In this document: positions 8,854 through 18,812 of the stretch, piece by piece
Numbering within the stretch: position 1 is the first letter of the stretch
Layout of the letters: each line of letters starts with the position of its first letter
Origin: an uncultured Chloroflexia bacterium
Lineage (GTDB): Bacteria > Chloroflexota > Anaerolineae > CG2-30-64-16
Direction: 5' to 3'
Assembly: GCA_963837925.1 (NCBI GenBank)
Contig: CAWIPK010000007.1
Span: 81,124-145,123, forward strand
DNA: 64,000 nt
Program-made: the position numbers and the translations under genes
The notes under the pieces: generated by a model
What the model was told of the DNA's origin: nothing
Database searches by the model: none
Seen by the model: the letters and a program-made list of their open reading frames with translations, nothing else

Positions 8854-10056
8854 TCAGGGGTCCTCGGGCCTGCGCCGGTCCACCCAGGGCTTTTCCGGTG
8901 GCTCGAGCAGCGAGGCGCGCTGTATCGCGTCCTCGCCGAAGCGAGCACGGATGCGGTCCAGCGCTTCGTCGAGCTGGGCGCGGCGCCGGTCCTCCTGCTC
9001 GAAGAGGCGCAGTTGGCGGGCGGGCTGGCACAGCCGGGCCGTGCCCACTCCGATCAGGCGCAGCGGCCTGCGCCTGTCCCAGGCCGCTGCGAACAGGGCC
9101 AGCGCCTGGGCGTAGACGGCCGGCCCCGTGTCCACCGGCTCGGGCAAAGACGCCTGCCGTGTCAGGGTCGTAAAGTCGCCATAGCGAAGCTTTATGTCGA
9201 CCGTGCGCGCCTGGACCTGGTGGCGCCGCAAGCTGTGGGCAACCTCCTCGCTCAGTCGCAGCAGCTCGCGTCGCAGAACGGCGATATCGTGGACGTCCCG
9301 GGCGAAGGTCTCCTCGCGGCTGATCGACTTCCGTTCGCGCTCCTCTTCCACCGGGCTGTCGTCCAGCCCATGCGCCGCCCGCCAGAGCCCCTCGCCATGG
9401 CTGCCGAAGCGTCCGCGCAATTCGGCGAGCGGCCAGGCCGCCAACTGGCCGATCGTGAGGATACCCAGGCGGTTGAGCTCGGTCGCCGTGACCCGCCCCA
9501 CTCCCCAGAGGCGCCGGATAGGCAGCGGGGCCAAAAAGGCCGCTTCCTGGCCCGGCGGGATCACCGTGACCCCGTGCGGCTTGCCGAAGTCGCTGGCGAT
9601 CTTGGCCATCAGCTTGTTGCCGGCCACGCCCAGCGAGGCCGACAGCCGCAGCTCGGCGTCGATCCGCCGCTGCAGTGCTTGCGCGAGCGCGGCCGGGTCA
9701 CCGAACAAGGCCTGCGTCCCGGTCAGGTCCAGGAAGGCTTCGTCGATCGAGATCTGTTCCATGGCAGGCGCGTACGGCCGGAGGAGCGCCATGACGGCGC
9801 GCGACAACTCGGCATAGCGTTCGTGATGGCCGGGGACGAGGATCGCCTGAGGGCAGAGGCGCAGCGCGACGGCGGTCGGCATGGCGGACTGAACGCCGAA
9901 CGGGCGGCACTCGTAGGAGGCCGAAGCGACCACCCCACGTGCCTCCGGGCGCCCGCCGACGATGACGGGCTTGCCGACCAGGGCCGGGTTGTCCAGGCGC
10001 TCGACGGCCACAAAAAAGGCATCCAGATCGAGGTGAAGGATCGTGCGCTGTGCCAT
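8854..10056 (-). CDS. dinB: DNA polymerase IV (Y-family)
   Basis: N-terminus MAQRTILHLDLDAFFVAVE, then SIDEAFLDLTG and the family fold throughout. The ATG at 10056 is preferred to the GTG at 10083 listed in the ORF track. Confidence 0.9.
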   Translation of the reverse strand: MAQRTILHLDLDAFFVAVERLDNPALVGKPVIVGGRPEARGVVASASYECRPFGVQSAMPTAVALRLCPQAILVPGHHERYAELSRAVMALLRPYAPAMEQISIDEAFLDLTGTQALFGDPAALAQALQRRIDAELRLSASLGVAGNKLMAKIASDFGKPHGVTVIPPGQEAAFLAPLPIRRLWGVGRVTATELNRLGILTIGQLAAWPLAELRGRFGSHGEGLWRAAHGLDDSPVEEERERKSISREETFARDVHDIAVLRRELLRLSEEVAHSLRRHQVQARTVDIKLRYGDFTTLTRQASLPEPVDTGPAVYAQALALFAAAWDRRRPLRLIGVGTARLCQPARQLRLFEQEDRRRAQLDEALDRIRARFGEDAIQRASLLEPPEKPWVDRRRPEDP

Positions 10057-10076
10057 ACGAGCAGTATAATCCCCAT

Positions 10077-10105
10077 TTGACACTTTCTCAACCCCGTGCT
10101 ATACA
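10077..10105 (+). promoter_or_regulatory. Sigma70-type promoter for the his leader/operon (TTGACA, 17-nt spacer, TATACA)
   Basis: -35 TTGACA at 10077-10082, a 17-nt spacer, and -10 TATACA at 10100-10105. It sits in the dinB/hisZ divergent intergenic region. Confidence 0.5.
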
Positions 10106-10115
10106 TACTCACGTT

Positions 10116-10175
10116 ATGTTTCGATTATTGCTCGGCAAGCATCACCATCGCAGCGCGGGCAGGCGCACGGGATAA
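10116..10175 (+). CDS. Candidate his leader peptide MFRLLLGKHHHRSAGRRTG (19 codons, three consecutive His codons)
   Basis: ATG at 10116, CAT CAC CAT at 10140-10148, TAA at 10173-10175. It lies between the predicted promoter and the terminator directly upstream of hisZ. There is no SD, and the predicted TSS is only a few nt upstream. Confidence 0.5.
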   Translation: MFRLLLGKHHHRSAGRRTG

Positions 10176-10214
10176 GCGGTTCAACCGTTGGCGTCCCAAT
10201 TGTGCTTACCCGGC

Positions 10215-10247
10215 AGGACTAGTTGGCTCAACTAGTCCTTTTTTGTT
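10215..10247 (+). terminator. Rho-independent terminator / attenuator immediately upstream of hisZ
   Basis: AGGACTAGTTG-gct-CAACTAGTCCT perfect stem followed by TTTTTTGTT. It is strand-specific for plus, and there is no upstream plus-strand gene for it to terminate. Confidence 0.8.
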
Positions 10248-10271
10248 AATCATGAGCTGGAACGGAGCCTT

Positions 10272-11594
10272 ATGCCTGTGACATCGCCTGATGGAGGGTC
10301 GAGCGGATCGCCAAACGCCGCGCCGGCGCCATCGTTCTCGGCTGACCGGCCGTTGCCCGAAGGGGTACGGGACCTGCTCTTCGCCGACGCAGCGGCGGTG
10401 CGCGGCATGGCCGCGGCGCTGCGCGCGCTCTGGAGCGGGTGGAGCTATCGCGAGCTGATCCTGCCCACCTTCGAATACGCGGCCACGCTGGCCACCGACG
10501 TCGGCGCGCAGATCGACGCCGAGCTCTATCGTTTCTTCGACCGGCAGGGGCGCACGCTCGCGCTGCGCCCCGACATGACCCTGCCGACGGCGCGGGTGGT
10601 GGGGACACGTCTCTACGACCAGCCGATGCCCCTACGCCTGTGCTACGTCGGCAGCGTCTTCCGTCACGAACGCCCGCGCGCCGGGCGCCAGCACGAGTTC
10701 ATCCAGGCCGGAATCGAGCTGATCGGCGCGTCCGGCCGGCCCGCCGACGCCGAGGCGATCGCCCTGGCGGTGGCCTCGCTGCGCGCCCTCGGCTTGCCGG
10801 AGTTCCGCGTCACGATCGGCCACGTGGGCTTCTTCCGCGGGCTGTCGGCGGCGCTCGCCCTGCCCGACGGACTGGCTGGCCGGCTCAGGCTGGCGGTCGA
10901 CCGGCGCTCGGAGGCAGAGCTGGCCGACCTGTTGGGGCAGGCAGGGACGGTGGCCGCTACGGCGCGCCGGGCCCTCCTGCAACTGCCACGCCTGACCGGC
11001 TCCGGCGAGGTGCTCAGACAGGCCGAGGAACTGTGCCTGAACGGCGCCATGGCCGGTGCCGTCGCCGACCTGCAAGCGCTGTGCGATCTGCTCGAGGCCC
11101 ATGGCGTGGCGGATGCGGTCAACTACGACCTGGCCGAGGTGCGAGACCTGGACTACTACACCGGGATCACGTTCGAGGGGTTTGCCCCGGGCCTGGGGGT
11201 GAGCCTTATCTCGGGCGGGCGCTACGACAATCTGATCGGCCACTTCGGACCTGCCCAACCGGCGGTCGGTTGGGCCCTCACCCTCGATCAGGTGCTGGTG
11301 GCGCGCGAGCTGCAGGGAGTGGGCCTGCCCGAACCCGTCCCGGACGTCTTGTTGTCGGTCGGCGGACACCCGGACGCCCTGGCCTGGGCCAACCGGGCCC
11401 GCGCACGCGGGCTGCGGGTCGAGGTTGACCTGGCCGGGCTGGAACCGGACGAGCTCTGGCGGTCGGCGCAGACGCGCGGCATCCGGCGGGCGGCCTGGCC
11501 CGCCGGCCCGGCCGGGCTGCGGCTGCGCGAGGCTGGCGGCGAGCGGCAAGTGGCGAACGACGCCTGGGAGGAGTTTGCGACATGGCTCCGCTGA
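10272..11594 (+). CDS. hisZ: ATP phosphoribosyltransferase regulatory subunit (HisRS paralogue)
   Basis: HisS-like core (LPEGVRDLL, LALRPDMTLPTARV, RLCYVGSVFRHERP, EFIQAGIELIG) without an anticodon-binding domain. It overlaps the short-form hisG. Confidence 0.9.
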   Translation: MPVTSPDGGSSGSPNAAPAPSFSADRPLPEGVRDLLFADAAAVRGMAAALRALWSGWSYRELILPTFEYAATLATDVGAQIDAELYRFFDRQGRTLALRPDMTLPTARVVGTRLYDQPMPLRLCYVGSVFRHERPRAGRQHEFIQAGIELIGASGRPADAEAIALAVASLRALGLPEFRVTIGHVGFFRGLSAALALPDGLAGRLRLAVDRRSEAELADLLGQAGTVAATARRALLQLPRLTGSGEVLRQAEELCLNGAMAGAVADLQALCDLLEAHGVADAVNYDLAEVRDLDYYTGITFEGFAPGLGVSLISGGRYDNLIGHFGPAQPAVGWALTLDQVLVARELQGVGLPEPVPDVLLSVGGHPDALAWANRARARGLRVEVDLAGLEPDELWRSAQTRGIRRAAWPAGPAGLRLREAGGERQVANDAWEEFATWLR

Positions 11595-12214
11595 CGATCG
11601 CCCTCCCCAAGGGGAGGCTGACGGAGGCCGCGTTGGCCTGCCTGACGCGTGCCGGCTACGCGCTGCCGGTGGATGGCAACGGCGGGCGCAGGCTGGTGCT
11701 CGATTCGCCGGATGGGCGCCTGCGCCTCGTGATGGCCAAGCCCGGCGACGTGCCGGTCTTCGTCGAGTATGGGGCCGCTGACCTGGGGATCGCCGGCCTT
11801 GACGTCGTGCGCGAGGCCGAGCGCGATCTGTACGAGCCGGCGCGCCTGCCGTTCGGCCACTGCCGGCTGGTGCTGGCGGGACGCCAGGGGCGCGACGAGC
11901 GCCCTCTGCGCCTGGAGCGCAGCCCGAAGGTGGCCACCAAGTTCCCGCGGCTGACGGAAGCTTTCTTCCGGCGGCGTGGCCTGGCGCCGGAGATCATCGT
12001 CATGTCCGGCTCGGTGGAACTGGCGCCGCAGATCGGCCTGGCCGACCTGATCGTGGATCTCGTGCAGACGGGCACGACACTGCGCGAGAACGGCCTGACC
12101 GAACTGCACGTGGTGCTCGAGAGCCAGGCCGTGTTGGTCGCCAACCGCGCCAGCTACCGGCTGCGTGCGGCGGAGGTGCGCGAATTCATCGACGCTGTCG
12201 TGGCGGCGGGCTGA
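11582..12214 (+). CDS. hisG: ATP phosphoribosyltransferase, short form
   Basis: LTIALPKGRL, AKPGDVPVFVEYGAADLGIAG and DLVQTGTTLRENGL. At 210 aa it is the short form that requires HisZ. Confidence 0.93.
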   Translation: MAPLTIALPKGRLTEAALACLTRAGYALPVDGNGGRRLVLDSPDGRLRLVMAKPGDVPVFVEYGAADLGIAGLDVVREAERDLYEPARLPFGHCRLVLAGRQGRDERPLRLERSPKVATKFPRLTEAFFRRRGLAPEIIVMSGSVELAPQIGLADLIVDLVQTGTTLRENGLTELHVVLESQAVLVANRASYRLRAAEVREFIDAVVAAG

Positions 12215-12258
12215 CGGCCATCGGAATGGCTGACGGCCATCGGAATGGCTGACGGCCA
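12211..12258. repeat. 19-bp tandem repeat, about 2.5 copies (CTGACGGCCATCGGAATGG)
   Basis: Two exact copies at 12211-12229 and 12230-12248 plus a 10-nt partial copy. The first copy contains the hisG stop codon. Confidence 0.9.
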
Positions 12259-12282
12259 GCAGTTTGGCCAGGGAGAGTGGGA

Positions 12283-13644
12283 ATGGCGGTGATCAATAGC
12301 TATGCGCCGGCTGAGGCCAGGGCGGGCATCCTGCGCCGCCGGCGCTGGGAAGACCAGGAAATGCCGGTCGAGGTGCTCGACGGCGTCGAGCGCATCTTCG
12401 GCCAACGCATCAGCCCGGCCGAAGCCGTGCAGCGCATCCTACAGGATATCCGGGCGCGCGGCGATGCCGCGCTCTATGAGTGGTCGGCCCGGGTGGAGGG
12501 CAGGCGCGCGGCCGGGCCAGGGGGCGAGAGCGCGCCGCGGCTGGAGATCCCGGCCGGCGAATGGCAGGCGGCGTACGCCGGGCTGCCGGTCGAGCAGAGA
12601 GAGGCCCTGGACCTGGCTGCGGCGCGGGTCGAGGCGTTTCACCGCAAGCAGCCGATGGATTCCTGGGTCGACGCCGGGCCGGAAGGCACCCTCGGCCAAC
12701 TGATCCGGCCCATCGCGCGGGTCGGGGTCTACGTGCCCGGTGGCACGGCACCGCTGCCCTCCTCGCTGTTGATGTCCGCCATCCCGGCCCGGGTGGCCGG
12801 CGTCGACGAGATCGTCGTCTGCACGCCGCCGGGACGCGAGGGCGCCGTACCCGCCCTGATCCTCGCCGCGGCGCACCGGGCGGGCGTCCAGCGGCTGTTC
12901 GCGCTGGGCGGGGCGCAGGCCATCGGGGCGCTGGCCTACGGCACGGAGACCGTGCCGGCAGTGGACAAGATCGTCGGCGCCGGCGGCCTGTTCGTGACGC
13001 TGGCCAAGCGCCAGGTCGTCGGCAGCGTGGGCATCGACGGTTTCTACGGGCCGACGGAGACCCTGCTGATCGCCGATGGGGAGGCCGACCCGGCCTGGGC
13101 CGCGGCCGACTTGCTGGCGCAGGCGGAGCACGACGTCCTGGCGTCACCCATCCTGCTGACACCCTCGCCGGTGCTGGCTGAGGCGGTGGCCCGCGAGGTG
13201 AGCGCACAGTTGGAGGGCCTGAGCCGGGCCGACATCGCCGCGGCCGCGCTGGCCAGGCGGGGCGGCATTGTGGTCACCGGCGACCTGGCCGAGGCGGTGG
13301 AGCTGGCCAACGACTACGCACCCGAGCACCTCTGCCTGCTCGTGACCGACCCCTGGTCGCTGGTCGGGCAGATCCGCAACGCGGGCGGGATCTTCGTCGG
13401 CGAATACTCCTTCGAGGTGCTGGGAGACTACGTCGCCGGCCCGAGCCACGTGATGCCAACCGAGGGCAGCGCGCGTTACGCCAGCCCGTTGAGCGTGGCC
13501 GACTTCGTCAAGCGCATCAGCCTGGTGGCCCTGGGCGCGGGCGCGGGAGCCCGCCTGGCCGGCCCGGCGGCCGTGCTGGCCCGCGGCGAAGGCCTGACGG
13601 CGCACGCGGCCGCCGCCACCGCCCGGGCGGAGGGCAAGCGATGA
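12283..13644 (+). CDS. hisD: Histidinol dehydrogenase
   Basis: Family-wide similarity ([41 protein letters not shown]). ATG at 12283 is preceded by GGGAGAG. Confidence 0.95.
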   Translation: MAVINSYAPAEARAGILRRRRWEDQEMPVEVLDGVERIFGQRISPAEAVQRILQDIRARGDAALYEWSARVEGRRAAGPGGESAPRLEIPAGEWQAAYAGLPVEQREALDLAAARVEAFHRKQPMDSWVDAGPEGTLGQLIRPIARVGVYVPGGTAPLPSSLLMSAIPARVAGVDEIVVCTPPGREGAVPALILAAAHRAGVQRLFALGGAQAIGALAYGTETVPAVDKIVGAGGLFVTLAKRQVVGSVGIDGFYGPTETLLIADGEADPAWAAADLLAQAEHDVLASPILLTPSPVLAEAVAREVSAQLEGLSRADIAAAALARRGGIVVTGDLAEAVELANDYAPEHLCLLVTDPWSLVGQIRNAGGIFVGEYSFEVLGDYVAGPSHVMPTEGSARYASPLSVADFVKRISLVALGAGAGARLAGPAAVLARGEGLTAHAAAATARAEGKR

Positions 13645-14750
13645 GCCAGGCGGATTTCGCCAGCTCCTTGCTGCCGCACATCGCGGCGTTGGAGGCCTAC
13701 ACGCCCATCCTGCCGTTCGAGGTGCTCAGCCGCCAGCTGGGCCGCGCCCCGGAGCAGATCATCAAGCTCGACGCGAACGAGAATCCGTACGGGCCGGCTC
13801 CGGCGGTGCGCGAGGCGCTGGCCGGGTACCCCTTCCTGCACATCTATCCCGATCCGGAGCAGCAGGCCCTGCGCGCTGCGCTGGCAGAGTATACCGGGCA
13901 GCCGGCCGCCAACATCCTGGCCGGACAGGGCGCGGACGAGCTCATCGACCTGCTCAGCCGGATTTTCCTTGGCCGCGGCGACGCGATCATCGACTGCCCG
14001 CCCACCTTTGGCATGTACAGCTTCGACGCCGGGCTGGCCGGGGCGCGGGTGATCCGTGTGCCGCGCGCTGCAGATTTCGGCGTCGACCTGGAGGGCATCG
14101 TCGACGCAGCCCGGCGCGCCCCGCACGCCAAGCTGCTCTTCCTGACCTCGCCGAACAATCCGGATGGCAACCTGCTGTCGCCAGGCACCCTGGCCAAGCT
14201 GTTGGAACTGCCGCTGATCGTCATCCTGGACGAGGCCTACGTCGAGTTCGCCGGGCCCGACTGCTCGCTGGCCGGTTGGGTGCGCCGCCACACCAACCTG
14301 ATCGTGCTGCGCACCTTCAGCAAGTGGGCGGGCCTCGCCGGCTTGCGCCTGGGCTACGGCATATTTCCGGATTGGCTGATGCCCGCGCTCTGGCGGGCCA
14401 AGCAGCCCTACAACGTCAACGTAGCGGCCACCGTGGCCGGGCTGGTTTCGCTCGCCCAGCGCCAGGAGATAGAGCCGGCGGTGGAGGCCCTGCGGCGAGA
14501 GCGCGTCCGGCTGCAGCGCGAGTTGGCGGCCATTCCCTACCTGGAGCCGTATCCCAGCCGGGCGAACTTCGTGCTCTGCCGGGTGATCGGCCGGGACGCC
14601 GGGCAGTTGAAGGCCGCGCTGGCACGTGAGGGCATCCTGGTGCGCTATTTCGCCAAGCCGGGGCTGGAGAATTGCATCCGCGTCAGCGCCGGGCGACCGG
14701 AGCATACCGATGCCCTGCTGGGAGCGCTGAGGAGGCTGGAGGGCGAGTGA
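13641..14750 (+). CDS. hisC: Histidinol-phosphate aminotransferase
   Basis: Class II aminotransferase pattern ([42 protein letters not shown]). ATGA overlap with hisD. Confidence 0.93.
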   Translation: MSQADFASSLLPHIAALEAYTPILPFEVLSRQLGRAPEQIIKLDANENPYGPAPAVREALAGYPFLHIYPDPEQQALRAALAEYTGQPAANILAGQGADELIDLLSRIFLGRGDAIIDCPPTFGMYSFDAGLAGARVIRVPRAADFGVDLEGIVDAARRAPHAKLLFLTSPNNPDGNLLSPGTLAKLLELPLIVILDEAYVEFAGPDCSLAGWVRRHTNLIVLRTFSKWAGLAGLRLGYGIFPDWLMPALWRAKQPYNVNVAATVAGLVSLAQRQEIEPAVEALRRERVRLQRELAAIPYLEPYPSRANFVLCRVIGRDAGQLKAALAREGILVRYFAKPGLENCIRVSAGRPEHTDALLGALRRLEGE

Positions 14751-14765
14751 ATCACGCCTTCATCA

Positions 14766-15887
14766 TCAGCCCTGGGTCCGCTCCCAGAGGGACGCCAGTT
14801 GGTCTGGATGGTCGAGGACGGCATCGGCGCCCAGCGAGAAGAACTGGGAACGCAGATCGTCTTTGCCGGCCGCGGTCGTCAGGCCGATCGCCAACCAGGG
14901 ACGAGCGTTCGGGGCGACGCGGGCGCGCTGCACCGCATGCATATCGTCCAGGGTATCGCCGACGTAGGCCGCCGGCAAGCGACCCGACGGATCCAGGGCA
15001 TCGGCAGCGAGCTGCAAGAGGTAGGGATGGGGCTTGAGCAAGGAAGGGCCACCGGGCGCCTGGGCGGCCAGGGCGTCGCTCATCGTCGCGATAGGGGATG
15101 CAGCGGGGCCGGCAAAGAAGCGAGCCAACGCGAGGCGGACGAGCGTCGGCTCGACCTCGAAGGCGGCGCGGCCGGTGGCGATGCCGAGGCGGGCGAAGCC
15201 GGCCAGGCTCTCCAGCGTGGCGGTCGCGATCAGCAGCGTCTCGCGTTCGATGAAGCCGGGTCCCGCGTAGAAGCGAGGTGGGTAGCCGTAGGCCCGCTCG
15301 AAGATCGCCGCGCCGGCGTACAGCTCCTCGAACACGCGCTGTACCAGGTCGGTCTTGTCAGCGCTGCCCGTGTGCCAGACCAGGTGGGCGTTGTGTCCGC
15401 CCGTAAACCCGCGCAACGCGGCCAGGCCGCCGCCCGCCTTGCGGATGGCCACGGTCAGCCGGTCGAAGTCCGGCCGGGGAGGGGTCAGTCCGGCCAACGG
15501 CGCCGCGGCGAGGCGCAGCGCGGCCAACAACGCTTCCTGGTCGGGCCAGGCTCCGGCCGGGTAGGGCAGACTGCCGCTGCCTGGCAGCGGGCCGTTGCCT
15601 CGCAGCGGAGCACCGGTCAGCGGCGCCGCCAGAGGCAGGCCGGCCAACAACAGCTCCAGGTAGCCGGCGCACAGGTCCCAGTCGTCGTTGAAGCCGCCCA
15701 TCAGCTTGAACTGGTCGTAGTCGTCGCCTGACAGCGCCGGCGCGTCCAGTCCGAGCAGGCGCAGGTACTGCCGGGCGGCGGCCGGCGCGGCTTCCCGGAA
15801 CGACCGGCCGACGTCGACCAGCGTGCCGTCAACGTCGAAGATCACGAGGGCGGGCCGAGGCAGCTTATTCTGATCGGGTTTGAGCAT
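14766..15887 (-). CDS. HAD-superfamily hydrolase with a large cap insertion (candidate histidinol-phosphatase, see findings)
   Basis: HAD motifs are present: I FDVDGTL, II GIATGR, III LLKPHP, IV YVGDTLDDM. The gene is embedded in the his cluster on the opposite strand. Confidence 0.75.
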   Translation of the reverse strand: MLKPDQNKLPRPALVIFDVDGTLVDVGRSFREAAPAAARQYLRLLGLDAPALSGDDYDQFKLMGGFNDDWDLCAGYLELLLAGLPLAAPLTGAPLRGNGPLPGSGSLPYPAGAWPDQEALLAALRLAAAPLAGLTPPRPDFDRLTVAIRKAGGGLAALRGFTGGHNAHLVWHTGSADKTDLVQRVFEELYAGAAIFERAYGYPPRFYAGPGFIERETLLIATATLESLAGFARLGIATGRAAFEVEPTLVRLALARFFAGPAASPIATMSDALAAQAPGGPSLLKPHPYLLQLAADALDPSGRLPAAYVGDTLDDMHAVQRARVAPNARPWLAIGLTTAAGKDDLRSQFFSLGADAVLDHPDQLASLWERTQG

Positions 15888-15955
15888 AGGCCAATATTGT
15901 CGCGAGGATGACGAGCTTTGTCAAAGGATGAGGGGCACTCTCAACAGGAGGCACG

Positions 15956-16543
15956 ATGCGCCAAGCAACTATTGAGCGAACCACGAACGAGACCCAGATC
16001 CACCTGACCCTGGCCGTGGACGGGCGCGGCCTGGCGCGGGTGAACACGGGGCTGGGTTTCCTGGATCACATGCTGACCCTGTTCGCCCACCACGGCCTGT
16101 TCGACCTGACCGTGGACGCCAAAGGCGACCTGCAGGTCGACGCGCACCACGTCGTCGAGGACGTCGCCGTCTGCCTGGGACAGGCGCTGAACCAGGCCCT
16201 GGACGACAAAGCCGGTATCGTGCGCATGGCCGACTGTTCGGTGCCGATGGACGAGGCGCTGGGCTTTGTGGCAGTCGATCTGAGCGGGCGGCCATACTCG
16301 GTGATCGACGTCGCCTGGCACGGACCGGTGCTGGGCGGCATGGAAGTGGATATGGTGCAGCACTTTTTGGAGACACTGGCGGCGAACGGCCGCTTCAACC
16401 TGCACGCCAGGGTGCCCTATGGGCGCAACGACCATCACCAGGCAGAGGCGTTGTTCAAGGCCCTGGCGCGGGCCCTGGATGCGGCCACACGCCTGGACCC
16501 GCGCCGCCAGGGCATCCCATCGACCAAGGGCAAACTGGCATGA
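15956..16543 (+). CDS. hisB: Imidazoleglycerol-phosphate dehydratase (monofunctional)
   Basis: [22 protein letters not shown] and [14 protein letters not shown]. At 195 aa it has no fused phosphatase domain. AGGAGG RBS. Confidence 0.95.
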   Translation: MRQATIERTTNETQIHLTLAVDGRGLARVNTGLGFLDHMLTLFAHHGLFDLTVDAKGDLQVDAHHVVEDVAVCLGQALNQALDDKAGIVRMADCSVPMDEALGFVAVDLSGRPYSVIDVAWHGPVLGGMEVDMVQHFLETLAANGRFNLHARVPYGRNDHHQAEALFKALARALDAATRLDPRRQGIPSTKGKLA

Positions 16544-17199
16544 GCCAACCCGCCTGGATCGCGGTGCTGGACTACGGCGTGGGCAACCTGCGTAATGTGT
16601 ACAAGGCCCTGGAAGCTGCCGGCGCACCGGGGCGCGTGGTCACGGAGCCGGATGGCCTGGTGGGTGCGGCGGGTGTCGTGCTACCGGGGGTCGGCGCCTT
16701 CGGCGATGCTGCGGCCAACTTCCGGCGCGCCGGCTTCGAGGCGCCGCTGCGCCGCGCGGTCGAAGCACGGGTCCCCCTGCTGGGCATCTGCGTCGGAATG
16801 CAGCTGCTGTTCGACGAGAGCGAGGAGATGGGCCACCACGCCGGCCTGGGGCTCATCCCCGGGTGCGTGCGGCGCTTTCCGGGCGACATGCAAGCGGCCG
16901 ACGGGCGGCCGCTCAAGGTGCCTGCCATCGGCTGGAACCAGCTGGCCCGGGTCGGGGCGGACGATCCGCTGCTGGCCGGCGTGCCCGACCTGGCCTACGC
17001 TTACTTCGTGCATTCGTACTACTGCGCCCCGCAAACGGCCGCCTGCGTACTGACCCTGACCGGCTACGGGATCGACTACGCGTCGATCGTGCGGCGGGGC
17101 AGGGTCTGGGGCATTCAGTGCCACCCGGAGAAGAGCCAGGACGTCGGGCTGCGCATCCTGCGGAACTTCGCCGGTATCGTGCGAGGGGATGAGGGATGA
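16540..17199 (+). CDS. hisH: Imidazole glycerol phosphate synthase, glutaminase subunit
   Basis: [24 protein letters not shown] and QCHPEKS. ATGA overlap with hisB. Confidence 0.95.
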   Translation: MSQPAWIAVLDYGVGNLRNVYKALEAAGAPGRVVTEPDGLVGAAGVVLPGVGAFGDAAANFRRAGFEAPLRRAVEARVPLLGICVGMQLLFDESEEMGHHAGLGLIPGCVRRFPGDMQAADGRPLKVPAIGWNQLARVGADDPLLAGVPDLAYAYFVHSYYCAPQTAACVLTLTGYGIDYASIVRRGRVWGIQCHPEKSQDVGLRILRNFAGIVRGDEG

Positions 17200-17987
17200 T
17201 CGTCCTTCCGGCGATCGACTTGCGCGCGGGGCAGGTCGTGCGCCTGCGCCGCGGCGATCCGGCCGCCCAGACGGTGTTCGGCGACGACCCGGCCGAGGTC
17301 GCACGCGCCTGGGCCGCCCAGGGTGCCGAGTGGCTGCACGTGGTCAACCTCGACGGCGCGTTGGGGGCGGCAGAGGGCGCGGCGCTCAACCTGCGCCGGC
17401 TGAGGGAGATCCGGACTGCCAGCACGCTGCTGATCCAGTTCGGAGGCGGCATCCGCAGCGACGACGACCTCGCGCGGGCTTTCGATTCCGGCGTGACGCG
17501 CGTCGTCCTCGGCACGGCGGCGGTTCAGCGACCGCAGCTCCTCGAGACGGCCGTGCACCGCTTCGGGGCCGAGCGCATCGTGGCCGGCATCGACGCCCGG
17601 CACGGCCGCGTGGCCGTCGCCGGCTGGCAGGTGACGTCGGCGCTGAGCGCGCTGGAGCTGGCGCAGGGCATGGCGGCGCGGGGAGTGGTGAGGGCGGTCT
17701 ACACCGATATCACACGTGACGGCATGCTTTCGGGCGTGGACGCGGCCGCGACGGCGGCTTTGGCACGCGAGAGCGGGCTCAAGCTGATCGCGAGTGGTGG
17801 TGTCGCCGGTCTCGAGGACGTGCGCGCCCTGGCCGAGCATGAGGGCGACGGCGTCGAGGGCGTCATCATCGGCCAGGCGCTGTACAGTGGAACGATCGAT
17901 CTGGCGGCGGCCATCCGCCTGGGCCGGTTGTCGACGCCCGGCGCGCGGCGGACGCACGACGTGTTCGGAGAAACAGATGCTGGCTAA
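17196..17987 (+). CDS. hisA: ProFAR isomerase
   Basis: [33 protein letters not shown] and SGGV. ATGA overlap with hisH. Confidence 0.93.
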   Translation: MIVLPAIDLRAGQVVRLRRGDPAAQTVFGDDPAEVARAWAAQGAEWLHVVNLDGALGAAEGAALNLRRLREIRTASTLLIQFGGGIRSDDDLARAFDSGVTRVVLGTAAVQRPQLLETAVHRFGAERIVAGIDARHGRVAVAGWQVTSALSALELAQGMAARGVVRAVYTDITRDGMLSGVDAAATAALARESGLKLIASGGVAGLEDVRALAEHEGDGVEGVIIGQALYSGTIDLAAAIRLGRLSTPGARRTHDVFGETDAG

Positions 17988-18792
17988 ACGGATCATCCCT
18001 TGCCTGGACGTAAAGGACGGGCGAGTGGTCAAAGGGGTCAAGTTCGTCGAGCTGCGCGATGCCGGGGACCCGGTCGCCCAGGCCCAGGTGTACGATCGCG
18101 AGGGCGCGGATGAGCTGGTTTTCCTGGATATCACCGCCAGCTACGAGCGGCGAGACATCGTCATCGAAATGGTGCGGCGCGTGGCCGATTCAGTCTTCAT
18201 CCCGTTCACGGTCGGCGGCGGTATCCGCACGGTCGAGGATATGCGGGCTCTGTTGCTGGCAGGGGCCGACAAGGTCTCGATCAACACGCCGGCCGTGCGC
18301 ACCCCTGAGCTGATCACCGCCGGGGCCACCCGCTTCGGCAGCCAGTGCATCGTCGTCGCCATTGACGGCAGACGGCAGGGAGGTGGTGCCCGCAGCGATC
18401 CCGCCGCCCACGGCGATCGAGATCGCTGGGAAGTGTTCGTCGACGGCGGGCGCGTGGCGGTCGGGCTGGATGTGGTCGAGTGGGCGCGTGAGGTCGAGCG
18501 TCGTGGAGCGGGTGAGATCCTGCTGACGAGCATGGATACCGATGGGACGCGCGCCGGGTATGATATCCCCATGCTGCGCGCCGTCGCGCAGGCCGTGAAC
18601 ATCCCGGTGATCGCATCGGGGGGTGCCGGCGCCGCGCAAGATTTCGAGGCCGCCCTGACGGCCGGCCGCGCGGATGCGGCGCTGGCCGCGTCGCTCTTCC
18701 ATTATCGAGAGCTGACGGTGGGAGACGTGAAACGTTACCTGGCCGAACGCGGCGTGCCGGTGCGCCTGACGGGCAGCAGCGCCGCTGGTTGA
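17977..18792 (+). CDS. hisF: Imidazole glycerol phosphate synthase, cyclase subunit
   Basis: [41 protein letters not shown] and ASGGAG. ATG at 17977 with GGAGAA RBS. The ORF-track start at 17794 lies inside hisA. Confidence 0.95.
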   Translation: MLAKRIIPCLDVKDGRVVKGVKFVELRDAGDPVAQAQVYDREGADELVFLDITASYERRDIVIEMVRRVADSVFIPFTVGGGIRTVEDMRALLLAGADKVSINTPAVRTPELITAGATRFGSQCIVVAIDGRRQGGGARSDPAAHGDRDRWEVFVDGGRVAVGLDVVEWAREVERRGAGEILLTSMDTDGTRAGYDIPMLRAVAQAVNIPVIASGGAGAAQDFEAALTAGRADAALAASLFHYRELTVGDVKRYLAERGVPVRLTGSSAAG

Positions 18793-18812
18793 CGCAGTTG
18801 GGAGGATGTGTC

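Noticed and set aside
10057-10115. A LexA box upstream of dinB, which is usually an SOS gene.
   Set aside because: No GAAC-N4-GTTC or CTGT-N8-ACAG match was found by eye in the dinB upstream region. The nearest sequences (CGAAACATAACGTG, and CTG-N11-CAG) have the wrong spacing or half-sites.
10106-10271. A possible T-box riboswitch (His-specific) upstream of hisZ, as known for some Gram-positive amino-acid operons.
   Set aside because: I could not find the conserved T-box sequence (AANNNGGGUGGNACCGCG-like) or a specifier-loop/AG-bulge arrangement. The leader is also only about 130 nt long, too short for a canonical T-box.
10096-10281. A 61-aa plus-strand ORF in the dinB/hisZ intergenic region.
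   Set aside because: It would run straight through the intrinsic terminator hairpin and T-tract at 10215-10247 and into the hisZ start. The region is better explained by a promoter, the HHH mini-ORF (in a different frame) and the terminator.
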